From: Alphaproteobacteria bacterium | GTDB taxonomy: Bacteria > Pseudomonadota > Alphaproteobacteria > UBA828 | DNA length: 64,000 nt | NCBI GenBank assembly: GCA_965237415.1 | Contig: CBDEFM010000002.1 | Span: 3,488,001-3,552,000 of the forward strand | Reading direction: 5' to 3' | Shown here: positions 18,596-26,748 of the stretch, one piece after another | How positions within the stretch are numbered: position 1 is the first letter of the stretch | How the letters are laid out: each line of letters opens with the position of its first letter | The notes under the pieces: generated by a model | Seen by the model: only the letters and a program-made list of their open reading frames with translations | Databases searched by the model: none | What the model was told of the DNA's origin: nothing | Translations under genes and position numbers: made by a program

Positions 18596-19351
18596 CTATT
18601 CCTCGAACCACTCATCATCGAAATCCTCGTCGAAGTCGAAGTCAGGAATCTCCATGACTGTCGGAGGCGCACCGTCCCTGATCTCCGTCGCGCGATACTG
18701 CCGGTAGAGTTCGCGCAATGCAGCATAAAAGTCGACCGAGGTTCTTTCCACTGATTCCAATTCGTCCAGATACGCGGCGCGCTGCGAGACACCGCTCGTG
18801 ATGCTGCGGGCCAAGCCGGCTTCGTCCGTCAGGAGAAAGCCCATGGGATCCGTCACCAATTCGACGCCGAAGCCGACCGCGTCGCGCGGATTGGACGGGC
18901 CCAGCAGCGGCAGCATGAGGAACGGCCCCTCGCCGAGGCCCCAGGACGCGAGAGTCTGCCCGAAGTCCTCAGGTGTGCGCTCGTAACCCCAGTCCGTGGC
19001 CGCATCGAAGATGCCCCCCACGCCGATGGTGGAGTTGATCGCAAAGCGCGTGAGTGTCGAGCCGGCTCGTTCAAACTTGCCCTGGGCCAGATTATTCACA
19101 AGGTTGAGCGGCTCGCCGAGATTCTTCAGGATGTTTGCGATGCGGTGGCGCGCCTCCTCCGGCAGCACGAACACGTAGAGTTCGGCCACCGGCTTCAGGA
19201 TGATGCTGTCGATCACCTGGTTGAATTCGAACACCGCCCGGTTGACGTCCTCGAGCGGGTCGTTGACGTCGTACGCGTCTTGGGCCCGGCCGTCGGCGGC
19301 GAAGCTGAGCAGCGCAGCGGCGAGAAACACGAGCGCCAAGTGACGCCGCAA
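18596..19351 (-). CDS. mlaA: MlaA/VacJ family protein
   Basis: DPLEDVNRAVFEFN, RFAINSTIGVGGIFD, EDFGQTL, LPLLGPSNPRD. Probable TTG start. Confidence 0.9.
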   Translation of the reverse strand: MRRHLALVFLAAALLSFAADGRAQDAYDVNDPLEDVNRAVFEFNQVIDSIILKPVAELYVFVLPEEARHRIANILKNLGEPLNLVNNLAQGKFERAGSTLTRFAINSTIGVGGIFDAATDWGYERTPEDFGQTLASWGLGEGPFLMLPLLGPSNPRDAVGFGVELVTDPMGFLLTDEAGLARSITSGVSQRAAYLDELESVERTSVDFYAALRELYRQYRATEIRDGAPPTVMEIPDFDFDEDFDDEWFEE

Positions 19352-19425
19352 GGCGGCAATGGCGCCTCCCGGCCGCGGCCACCCTAAGCGCCTGCGCCGC
19401 GCCAGGCTCTCCCATATGCCAGGCG

Positions 19426-21453
19426 TTAGTCGTCCTCCTTCGCAGCGGCGAGCACATCGTCGGCGAGCCGCCCGGTGAGCTCCTGAAGGCGATCGAACTG
19501 CGATTCGAAGGTGCCGACGCCTAGGGTGATCGAGCGGAGCTCGATGATCAGATCGTGCATTTCGGCCTGGGGCATCTGGCTGGTGATCTCGTCCCACCCG
19601 GACCAGTCCTCGCGCGCCCGGTAGCCGAGCACCTGGGCGCGCCGGCCCGTCACCAGCCGCTGGACGTTCGGCGTGAACTCGCTCGGCACCGAAATCTTGA
19701 CCTCGTAGATGGGCTCCAGCAGCACCGGGTTGCACTTGGGCAGCGCCTCGGCCATCGCCATGCGGCCGGCGGTCTTGAAGGCCATCTCCGAGCTGTCCAC
19801 CGAGTGGTGCTTGCCGTCGGTCAGCGTCACGGAGACGTCGACGACCGGGAAGCCGAGCGGCCCGCTGGTGAGGAATTCGCGCACGCCAGCTTCAACCGCG
19901 GGAATGTACTGGCGTGGCACGGAGCCGCCGACGACCTTTCCCTGGAACTCGAAGCCGCTACCGCGCGGCAACGGCTTAACCTCGATATGCACGTCGCCGA
20001 ACTGGCCGTGGCCGCCAGTCTGTTTCTTGAAGCGCGCGTGCTGGGCGACCGGCTTCCGGATTGCTTCCTTGTAAGCGACCTTGGGCTTCTCGGTCTGCAT
20101 GGTGAGCCCGTACTTGCCGGCCAGCCGGTCGAGCGCGACCTTCAAGTGCATCTCGCCCTGGCCCCAGAGCACCGCTTCCTGGGTGTCGGGATTGGGCGCG
20201 AAGCTCAACGACGGGTCCTCCTGGGCGAGGCGGCTCATCGCGCCCGACACCTTGACCTCGTCCTCGCGCCGGCTCGCCCGCACGGCATAGGCATAGACCG
20301 ACGAGGGTAGCTCCGCGCGCGGGAGCGGCTCTATCTCGGGCCCGTCGGCGGGAGCGACGGTATCGCCGGTGGCGATGGATTCGAGCCGCCCGAGACCGAC
20401 GATCTCGCCGGCTCCCGCCTTGTCGATCTTGTTCTGCTGCTGGCCCTGCATGCGGTACATCCCGCCGATACGCTGTCCGTCGTTCAGAACCATGCCGTCT
20501 TCGATGGTCCCTGCCCATACGCGCGCGAGCGAGACCTTGCCGCCATGCTGGGTGATGTAAGTCTTGACGATCTGCCCGACCGTGGCGCCGTCGGCGCCCG
20601 CCGGCAGTCGCCGTGCTGCGAGAGCGTCGCCGGGTGCGAAGTCGATCAACGATTCCAGCAGGCGGCGGACGCCCCAATCCCGCTCGGCCGAGCCCATCAG
20701 CACCGGCACCACACTCGCATCAGCGAGCACGCCGCGCAGATAGGCCTGAATCTCTTCGGGCTTGGGAATCTCGTCTTCGAGCAGGCTCTCCAGGAGGGTA
20801 TCGTCGAAGTCCGCCAGGCTCTCGAGGAGTTGCGTCCGCGCGTCCTCCCGGCGCTCCGAGACCGTTTCGGGCGCGTCGACTCCGACGGCGCCTTCCTGGT
20901 CGCGGTATTCGTAGGCCTTGCCGGTGATCAGATCGACGTAACCCGAGACGTTGTCGCCATCGCGGATCGCAACCTGGCAGGGCACCAGGGGACGGTCGCT
21001 GACCGGCTGCATCGCCTCGATCAGTTCGGCGATCCGGATCGCCGTCTCGTCCATCCTGTTGGTGAACAGGAGGTGAGGAATATCGTGCTGCGCCAAGAAA
21101 TTGAGCAGCCGCCCCATGGTCCAGACCCGATTCAGATCCGGGGAGCAGACGATGACGGCGAGATCGACACCCATGAGCGCATTGGCGGTCTCGGCGAAGA
21201 ACTCGATCGATCCCGGACAATCCAGGACCGTGAAAAGGTGGTCCCGATACGAGAACGAGGCGGCGTTGACCTCCACGCTCGACTGGCGCGCCCGTGCCTC
21301 GTCGGACCAGTCGCCCACCGTGTTCCCGTCCGTGACCTTGCCCTTGCGGCCAATCGTCTCGGACACGAACAACATGCTTTCGAGGAGTGTGGTCTTGCCG
21401 CTCGTATAGGGGCCGACAAGCGCAATGTTCAGCGCCCCGGTCGAATCGCTCAT
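19426..21453 (-). CDS. Elongation factor G-like protein (EF-G2)
   Basis: GPYTSGKT, DCPGS, NRMD, GQGEMHL, KKQTGGHGQFG, HSVDSSEMAF, LLEPI; not in a str operon. Confidence 0.92.
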   Translation of the reverse strand: MSDSTGALNIALVGPYTSGKTTLLESMLFVSETIGRKGKVTDGNTVGDWSDEARARQSSVEVNAASFSYRDHLFTVLDCPGSIEFFAETANALMGVDLAVIVCSPDLNRVWTMGRLLNFLAQHDIPHLLFTNRMDETAIRIAELIEAMQPVSDRPLVPCQVAIRDGDNVSGYVDLITGKAYEYRDQEGAVGVDAPETVSERREDARTQLLESLADFDDTLLESLLEDEIPKPEEIQAYLRGVLADASVVPVLMGSAERDWGVRRLLESLIDFAPGDALAARRLPAGADGATVGQIVKTYITQHGGKVSLARVWAGTIEDGMVLNDGQRIGGMYRMQGQQQNKIDKAGAGEIVGLGRLESIATGDTVAPADGPEIEPLPRAELPSSVYAYAVRASRREDEVKVSGAMSRLAQEDPSLSFAPNPDTQEAVLWGQGEMHLKVALDRLAGKYGLTMQTEKPKVAYKEAIRKPVAQHARFKKQTGGHGQFGDVHIEVKPLPRGSGFEFQGKVVGGSVPRQYIPAVEAGVREFLTSGPLGFPVVDVSVTLTDGKHHSVDSSEMAFKTAGRMAMAEALPKCNPVLLEPIYEVKISVPSEFTPNVQRLVTGRRAQVLGYRAREDWSGWDEITSQMPQAEMHDLIIELRSITLGVGTFESQFDRLQELTGRLADDVLAAAKEDD

Positions 21454-21653
21454 GCTATCTCCCTTTACCCAGAGCCGCGCCGGCGGGCTTCGCCCCGCGG
21501 TCACGGGGCCGGCATGTTTCCAGCGCCTAGGCCGGATTGCAACAGCGATTACTGCCAAACCGGCGACATGCCAAGCCTCGAACCGCCCAGTCTGGCGCAG
21601 GTTGGGTGGGGCGGCTATGGTGCCTGGGGACAGGATTCAGAGGCGCGCGTCGG

Positions 21654-22400
21654 TTGAGCATCTGGGGCAAGGTGATCGGGGGCGCCGCGGGTTTCGCGCT
21701 CGGCGGCCCCATCGGCGCGATCCTGGGCGTGGCGGCCGGCCACTTCGTGGACCGCATGGCCGGCGGCGGCCGCCGTGTCCGGCGCATCGGCGCAGGGGAT
21801 CAGGAGACCAAGCAGGCTGCAGTCTCCATCGCCTTGGTCGTGCTCGCGGCCAAGATGGCGAAGGCGGACGGCCACGTCACCCGCGAGGAGATCAACGCGT
21901 TCAAGCGGGTCTTCCGCGTTCCCGACGCCCACGCCGCTGCGGTGGGGCGGATCTGGGACGAGGCTCGGCGCGAGGCGGAAGGCTTCGAGCCTTATGCTGA
22001 GCAAATCGTCCAAATCTTTCCGCACGACACCACGATGCGGGAAGAACTTCTGGGCGCGCTCTTCCAGATCGCCATGGCCGATGGCGAGTTGCACGACGGG
22101 GAACGCGCTTTTCTCACCCGTGTCGCCCAGATTTTCGGCTTCGATGAGCGCGGTTTCGCGCAGATCATGTCGCGCCACATGGGTGGCGGCGAGAGCGACC
22201 CCTACCAGGTGCTCGGCGTCGAGCCCGCCGCCTCGGACGAGCAGATCAAGCAGACCTACCGCAGACTCATCAGGGAACATCACCCCGACAAGCTCATCGC
22301 CGAGGGCATGCCGGAGGAGATGGTCCAGGTCGCGAACGAGCAGATGGCTGCGATCAACGCGGCCTACGACAGGATCGCCAAGCTTCGCGGGCTGCGCTGA
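21654..22400 (+). CDS. djlA: DjlA-like co-chaperone (TerB-like domain plus C-terminal J domain)
   Basis: (M)SIWGKVIGG, AKMAKADG, DPYQVLG, HHPDKL; TTG start. Confidence 0.9.
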   Translation: MSIWGKVIGGAAGFALGGPIGAILGVAAGHFVDRMAGGGRRVRRIGAGDQETKQAAVSIALVVLAAKMAKADGHVTREEINAFKRVFRVPDAHAAAVGRIWDEARREAEGFEPYAEQIVQIFPHDTTMREELLGALFQIAMADGELHDGERAFLTRVAQIFGFDERGFAQIMSRHMGGGESDPYQVLGVEPAASDEQIKQTYRRLIREHHPDKLIAEGMPEEMVQVANEQMAAINAAYDRIAKLRGLR

Positions 22401-22450
22401 CCGCGCGCTAACCGCGCCTTCGCCGCCCCTCCCGCCCCTCCCGCCGCTTC

Positions 22451-23323
22451 ATGCAGCCGAGTCACATCCCGATCGCGGTCGGCACGGCCCTGCTCTGGGG
22501 CTTCGGGTTCGTGACCAGCAAGTACGGCGCGGACCACATGCCGCCGCTGTTCTTTCTGGCGCTGCGCTTCACGCTGATGGCGCTGATGCTGGTCTGGTTC
22601 GTGCGCCCGCCCAGCGGCCGCTGGCTTGCCGTGAGCCTCTTCGCGCTGACCATGGGTGCCGGCCACTTCGGACTCTTCTACATCGCGCTAAGTATCGGCG
22701 TGGAGGCCTCGACCGCGGCGATCATCTGGATCACGCAGGTGCCGCTCAGCGCCCTGTTGGCGGGGCTTGTCCTGCACGAGCGCCCTGGCTGGCTGGCCAT
22801 CGTCGGCATCGCCATTGCCTTCGGCGGTGCCGTGGTGCTGGTGGGGGAACCACGCCATACCGGCAATGCGGTGGGTATCGGGCTCATGTTCGGCTCCAGC
22901 ATTGCGTGGGCCGTCGCCAACGTGCAGGTCAAGCGCCTCACCGATATTTCCCCGCTGGCATTGAATGCCTGGATGTCGGCGGTCTCCGCGCTGATCCTGT
23001 TCCCGCTTTCCTTCGCGCTGGAGGAGGGGCATCTCGCGAGCCTCCTGCAGCCCGATTGGCGCCTGCACGGCTCGCTTCTTTACCAAGTGTTCGGCTCGAC
23101 CCTGCTCGCCTATTGGGCCTGGTACTATCTGCTCGCGCACAACCGGGTGGCGACGGTTGCCGGCTTCATGCTGCTCGTGCCGGTTGTGGGCGTGATCTTC
23201 GGCCTCTTCATCCTGGGCGAGCCGCTCACCTGGCAGACGTTCGTGGGCGGTGCGATCATCGTCTCGGGCGTGGCCCTCATCGTGCTCCGGCGCAAGAGGG
23301 AGCCTGCTGTGAAGATCCGCTAA
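22451..23323 (+). CDS. EamA/DMT family transporter
   Basis: About 10 hydrophobic segments; LWGFGF, LRF, LVPVVG, LGEPL motifs. Confidence 0.9.
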   Translation: MQPSHIPIAVGTALLWGFGFVTSKYGADHMPPLFFLALRFTLMALMLVWFVRPPSGRWLAVSLFALTMGAGHFGLFYIALSIGVEASTAAIIWITQVPLSALLAGLVLHERPGWLAIVGIAIAFGGAVVLVGEPRHTGNAVGIGLMFGSSIAWAVANVQVKRLTDISPLALNAWMSAVSALILFPLSFALEEGHLASLLQPDWRLHGSLLYQVFGSTLLAYWAWYYLLAHNRVATVAGFMLLVPVVGVIFGLFILGEPLTWQTFVGGAIIVSGVALIVLRRKREPAVKIR

Positions 23324-23373
23324 CACCACGTGCGGGCTACGATGTGCCGCGATAGGCGGAATCGGAGCAGAGC

Positions 23374-24144
23374 GTGACGAATGAGAGCGTCGCCGGGCAA
23401 GCGGCGATCGACTTGCCATCGCCCAATCGGGACGACCGGCCTGCGGACGCCGGCCCGGTCGACACGCTGGTTCTGCACTATACCGGCATGGTCTCGGCCG
23501 AGGCTGCGCTTGAGCGCCTGACCGCGCCCGAAGCCAAGGTCAGCGCGCACTGGTGCATCGGCGAGGACGGCACCCTCTGGCGGCTGGTGCCCGAGGAGCA
23601 ACGCGCCTGGCATGCGGGGCTCAGCGAATGGCGCGCCCGCCGCTCGATAAACGACGTCTCGATCGGTATCGAGCTGGTCAATCCCGGCCACGAGCATGGT
23701 TACCGCCCGTTCCCCCCTGCCCAGATGGATGCCTTGCTTGACCTTGCTCGCGCGATCGTCGAGCGGCACGCCATCGACCCCTGCAACGTGGTGGCGCATT
23801 CCGACATTGCGCCCGAGCGTCGGCAGGATCCCGGCGAGCTCTTCGACTGGGCGCGCCTCGCCGAGGCGGGCATCGGTCTCTGGCCGGAGAGCGTCCCCGA
23901 GCCTGTGGGGGAGGGCCGTGCACTGCGCCAGGGCAATCGTGGCGCTGCCGTCCGGCGGCGACAGGAGCGGCTGCGCGCGGTCGGCTACGGGCTGGCAACC
24001 GACGCCGACTTCGGCACTTCTACGGCGGCCGTCGTGCGCGCCTTTCAGCGGCATTTCCGTCAGGCGCGCGTTGATGGGGTCATCGATGCCGGCACGGACG
24101 CCGTGCTCGACCGGATATGTGCGCTTGCTGCCACGGCAAGTTGA
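23374..24144 (+). CDS. N-acetylmuramoyl-L-alanine amidase (Amidase_2 plus PG-binding domain)
   Basis: LVLHYTGM, SAHW, RAWHAG, SIGIELVN, HSDIAPERRQDPG, AFQRHFR. Confidence 0.93.
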   Translation: MTNESVAGQAAIDLPSPNRDDRPADAGPVDTLVLHYTGMVSAEAALERLTAPEAKVSAHWCIGEDGTLWRLVPEEQRAWHAGLSEWRARRSINDVSIGIELVNPGHEHGYRPFPPAQMDALLDLARAIVERHAIDPCNVVAHSDIAPERRQDPGELFDWARLAEAGIGLWPESVPEPVGEGRALRQGNRGAAVRRRQERLRAVGYGLATDADFGTSTAAVVRAFQRHFRQARVDGVIDAGTDAVLDRICALAATAS

Positions 24145-24151
24145 GAGTGGC

Positions 24152-24180
24152 TTGACCGAGTCCGAGCGCAGGCGTAGTCA
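24152..24180 (+). promoter_or_regulatory. Putative rnpB promoter
   Basis: TTGACC-N17-TAGTCA a few nt upstream of the RNA. Confidence 0.5.
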
Positions 24181-24186
24181 GGATCG

Positions 24187-24588
24187 GCCAGACGGCCGGA
24201 TGGCCGCCGTCGCCGCCTGAGGCGCGCGGCGGAGGAAAGTCCGGGCTCCACGGAAGCACGGAGCCGGGTAACACCCGGCGGGGGCGACCCCAGGGAAAGT
24301 GCCACAGAGAGCAGACCGCTCGCTCAGGGTCGCAAGGCCGGCGAGCACGGGTGAAAGGGTGCGGTAAGAGCGCACCGCGCACCCGGCAACGGGTGCGGCA
24401 TGGCAAACCCCTCCGGGAGCAAGACCAAGTAGGGGCGGCGCGGGGCGGTCGCAGGATCGCACCAAGTCGGTTTCCGGACCTGCCGCCCGGGTCGGTCGCG
24501 CGAGGCGTCCGGTGACGGGCGTCCCAGATGAATGGCCATCGCGTGGGCGGACGCCCACGGACAGAACCCGGCTTACAGGCCGTCTGGC
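24187..24588 (+). ncRNA. rnpB: RNase P RNA, class A
   Basis: GAGGAAAGTCCGGGCTCC, GAAAGTGCCACAG, GGTAAGAGCGCACC, ACAGAACCCGGCTTA; P1 formed by GCCAGACGGCC/GGCCGTCTGGC. Confidence 0.97.
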
Positions 24589-24620
24589 ACCTGTCCCCGC
24601 CTGCGTCCCAGGAACGACCA

Positions 24621-24668
24621 TCTCAAGATGTTGAGGGGAGATGATCCCTCAACCGCAATATATTCCGA
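24621..24668. promoter_or_regulatory. Tandem NrdR-box-like sites
   Basis: TCTCAAGATGTTGAGG (24621) and CCGCAATATATTCCGA (24653), 32 bp apart; about 10/16 and 11/16 matches to aCaCwAtATaTwGtGt. Confidence 0.45.
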
Positions 24669-24713
24669 TATCGATATGGACTCCCCGTAGCCGCCGCCAG
24701 TAACGGGCAAAGA

Positions 24714-24728
24714 GAACATTTGCGGAAC
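24714..24728. promoter_or_regulatory. Alphaproteobacterial LexA (SOS) box
   Basis: Perfect GAAC-N7-GAAC (GAACATTTGCGGAAC). Confidence 0.65.
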
Positions 24729-24874
24729 ATATAGTTGATCTCCGCCGGGACTATGTCCGCACCGGCTGTGACTGGCGTTCTAATCATCCTCTCCGATCTC
24801 GCTCCGCCATGAGTTTCGAGTCGTCGGATCGCTGCACTTGCGCGACCGCCTGAACACTTGAATTTTTGTCTTGC

Positions 24875-24944
24875 GACCATCATGTCCCATGAAGTACCAT
24901 GCTATCCCATGAAAGCCCGGGATGAGTCCGGGAACAGATTGGAG
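24875..24944. promoter_or_regulatory. Probable MraZ operator (phased repeats)
   Basis: GACCAT/TCCCAT/TACCAT/TCCCAT ending at 24880/24890/24900/24910, followed by opposite-orientation CGGGA, CGGGA, TGGAG; upstream of mraZ. Confidence 0.7.
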
Positions 24945-24995
24945 CGGTTACGAGCGACGGCACGGCGATCAGGGCTCGCGCCCAAGGAGCAAGCG

Positions 24996-25466
24996 GTGGC
25001 TCTCTTCACTTACACGTTCGTCAACAAGGTGGATCGAAAGGGGCGGGTCTCCGTCCCCGCCTCCTTCCGCAATGAGCTGGCCCGGCAATCCTTTAACGGA
25101 ATCGCGGTCTACCCCTCGATCGATGGCAGCAAGTCCCTGACCGGCTGTGAGGAAGATGTCCTCAGGCAGTGGAGCGACACGTACCGTGCGGACGATCCCT
25201 TTGACACCGTTTCCACCAGAAAGCGAATGAGGCTCTTCTCGGCCGTTCAGCGTCTCCCCTTAGACGCCGACGGTCGCGTGCTGCTGCCGGGCGAGCTGCT
25301 TGCCCATGCGGGGATTGCCACCCACGCCGCATTCGTCGGTCTGGGCCACGAGTTTCAGATCTGGGACCCCGCGATCCTCGAAGCCGCCCGGAAAGCAGAG
25401 CAGGGGCAATCCTCCGAGGACGCCGCCGAGCCGGAACTGCCGCCGGCGCCGGGAGGGGATCGGTGA
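24996..25466 (+). CDS. mraZ: Division/cell wall cluster transcriptional regulator
   Basis: DRKGRVSVPASFR and DADGRVLLP repeats, FQIWDP; AAGGAG RBS before GTG. Confidence 0.95.
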   Translation: MALFTYTFVNKVDRKGRVSVPASFRNELARQSFNGIAVYPSIDGSKSLTGCEEDVLRQWSDTYRADDPFDTVSTRKRMRLFSAVQRLPLDADGRVLLPGELLAHAGIATHAAFVGLGHEFQIWDPAILEAARKAEQGQSSEDAAEPELPPAPGGDR

Positions 25467-26434
25467 GCGCCGCCTCCGGCCATGTCCCGGTAATGAAGGA
25501 GGCGATGCTCTCCCTCATCGCCCCCAAGGACGGCGGCATCTATGTGGACGGCACCTTCGGCGGCGGCGGCCACAGCCGGGCCCTGCTCGAGGCGGCCTCC
25601 TGCGTGGTGTACGGGATCGATCGCGATGCGGCCGCGCTCGGCGCGGGCGGTGCGCTGTCTACGCGGTTCGACGGCAGGCTGATCCTGCTCCACGGTCGCT
25701 TCGCCGAAATGGCGTCCCTGCTCGCGCCCCACGGCGTGCACGCGGTGGACGGGATCGTCCTCGATCTCGGCCTCTCCTCGCGCCAGCTCGATGACGCCTC
25801 GCGGGGCTTCTCGTTCCGTCTCGACGGACCTCTGGACATGCGCATGAATCAGGCCGATCCGGGACCGACCGCAGCCGACCTCGTCAATGGCGGGACGGAA
25901 GCCGAACTGGCCACGATCATTGCCGGCTTCGGCGAGGAGCGCCGGGCACGCGCCATCGCGCGGGCCATCGTCGCGGCCCGTGCCGAGGCTCCGATCACCC
26001 GCACCGGCCAACTCGCCGAAATCGTGCGACGGGCCGCGGCGCGGCGGCCTCAAGGCAGGATCGACCCGGCGACGCGCACCTTCCAGGCGCTCCGCATCCG
26101 CGTCAACGACGAGATCGGCGAGATCGAGCGGGGGCTTCAGCAGGTCGAGCGGCTTCTGCGGCCGGGGGGGCGCGCCATCGTCGTGTCCTTCCACTCGCTT
26201 GAGGACCGGCCCGTGAAGCGCTTCTTCCGCGAGCGGAGCGGGCAGCGGCAGCCCAATCGCCACGAGCCGCACGCTGCCACGAAATTGCCCGATCCGACCT
26301 TCAGGCTGCTGACCCGCCGGGCGCTCAAGCCGGACGGATCGGAGATCTCGGCGAACCCGCGGGCACGCTCGGCGCGGCTGCGTGCGGCCGAGCGCACCGG
26401 CGCGCCGCCGTGGCACGAGAGGCTCGTCGCATGA
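25463..26434 (+). CDS. rsmH: 16S rRNA m4C1402 methyltransferase
   Basis: HVPVM, DGTFGGGGHS, GPLDMRM, FQALRI, SFHSLEDR, NPRARSA. Confidence 0.97.
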   Translation: MSAASGHVPVMKEAMLSLIAPKDGGIYVDGTFGGGGHSRALLEAASCVVYGIDRDAAALGAGGALSTRFDGRLILLHGRFAEMASLLAPHGVHAVDGIVLDLGLSSRQLDDASRGFSFRLDGPLDMRMNQADPGPTAADLVNGGTEAELATIIAGFGEERRARAIARAIVAARAEAPITRTGQLAEIVRRAAARRPQGRIDPATRTFQALRIRVNDEIGEIERGLQQVERLLRPGGRAIVVSFHSLEDRPVKRFFRERSGQRQPNRHEPHAATKLPDPTFRLLTRRALKPDGSEISANPRARSARLRAAERTGAPPWHERLVA

Positions 26435-26748
26435 TGCGGCACCTGGTTCTCATATCGATCGCAGCGTTCGTGCTCTCGATGCTCGCGCTCTTCCTCGTGA
26501 AGCACGAGGTGAGGGGGCTCGAGCGCGAGCTTGCCGCGCTCGAGCTCGACCGTCAGCGCCATGTCGAAGCGATCCGGGTGCTCCGCTCCGAGTGGAGCTA
26601 CCTCACCCGTCCGTCAAGAATTGCGTCTCTAGCCGCGCGCCACCTGCCGCTAGAGCAGGTGCGGCCCTCGCAGGTCCGCTGGTTGCCTGGGCGGGCCGCC
26701 GGGCCCTCTGCGTTGGTCATCCCGATCGGCGCGGAGGTTGAGCGGTGA
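26431..26748 (+). CDS. ftsL: Cell division protein FtsL
   Basis: Single TM, coiled coil, LRSEWSYLTRPSRI; position in the dcw cluster. Confidence 0.88.
   Translation: MMRHLVLISIAAFVLSMLALFLVKHEVRGLERELAALELDRQRHVEAIRVLRSEWSYLTRPSRIASLAARHLPLEQVRPSQVRWLPGRAAGPSALVIPIGAEVER

Noticed and set aside
24623-24883. 86-aa minus-strand ORF in the rnpB-mraZ spacer
   Set aside because: Atypical codon usage and no motif; it overlaps the regulatory sites.
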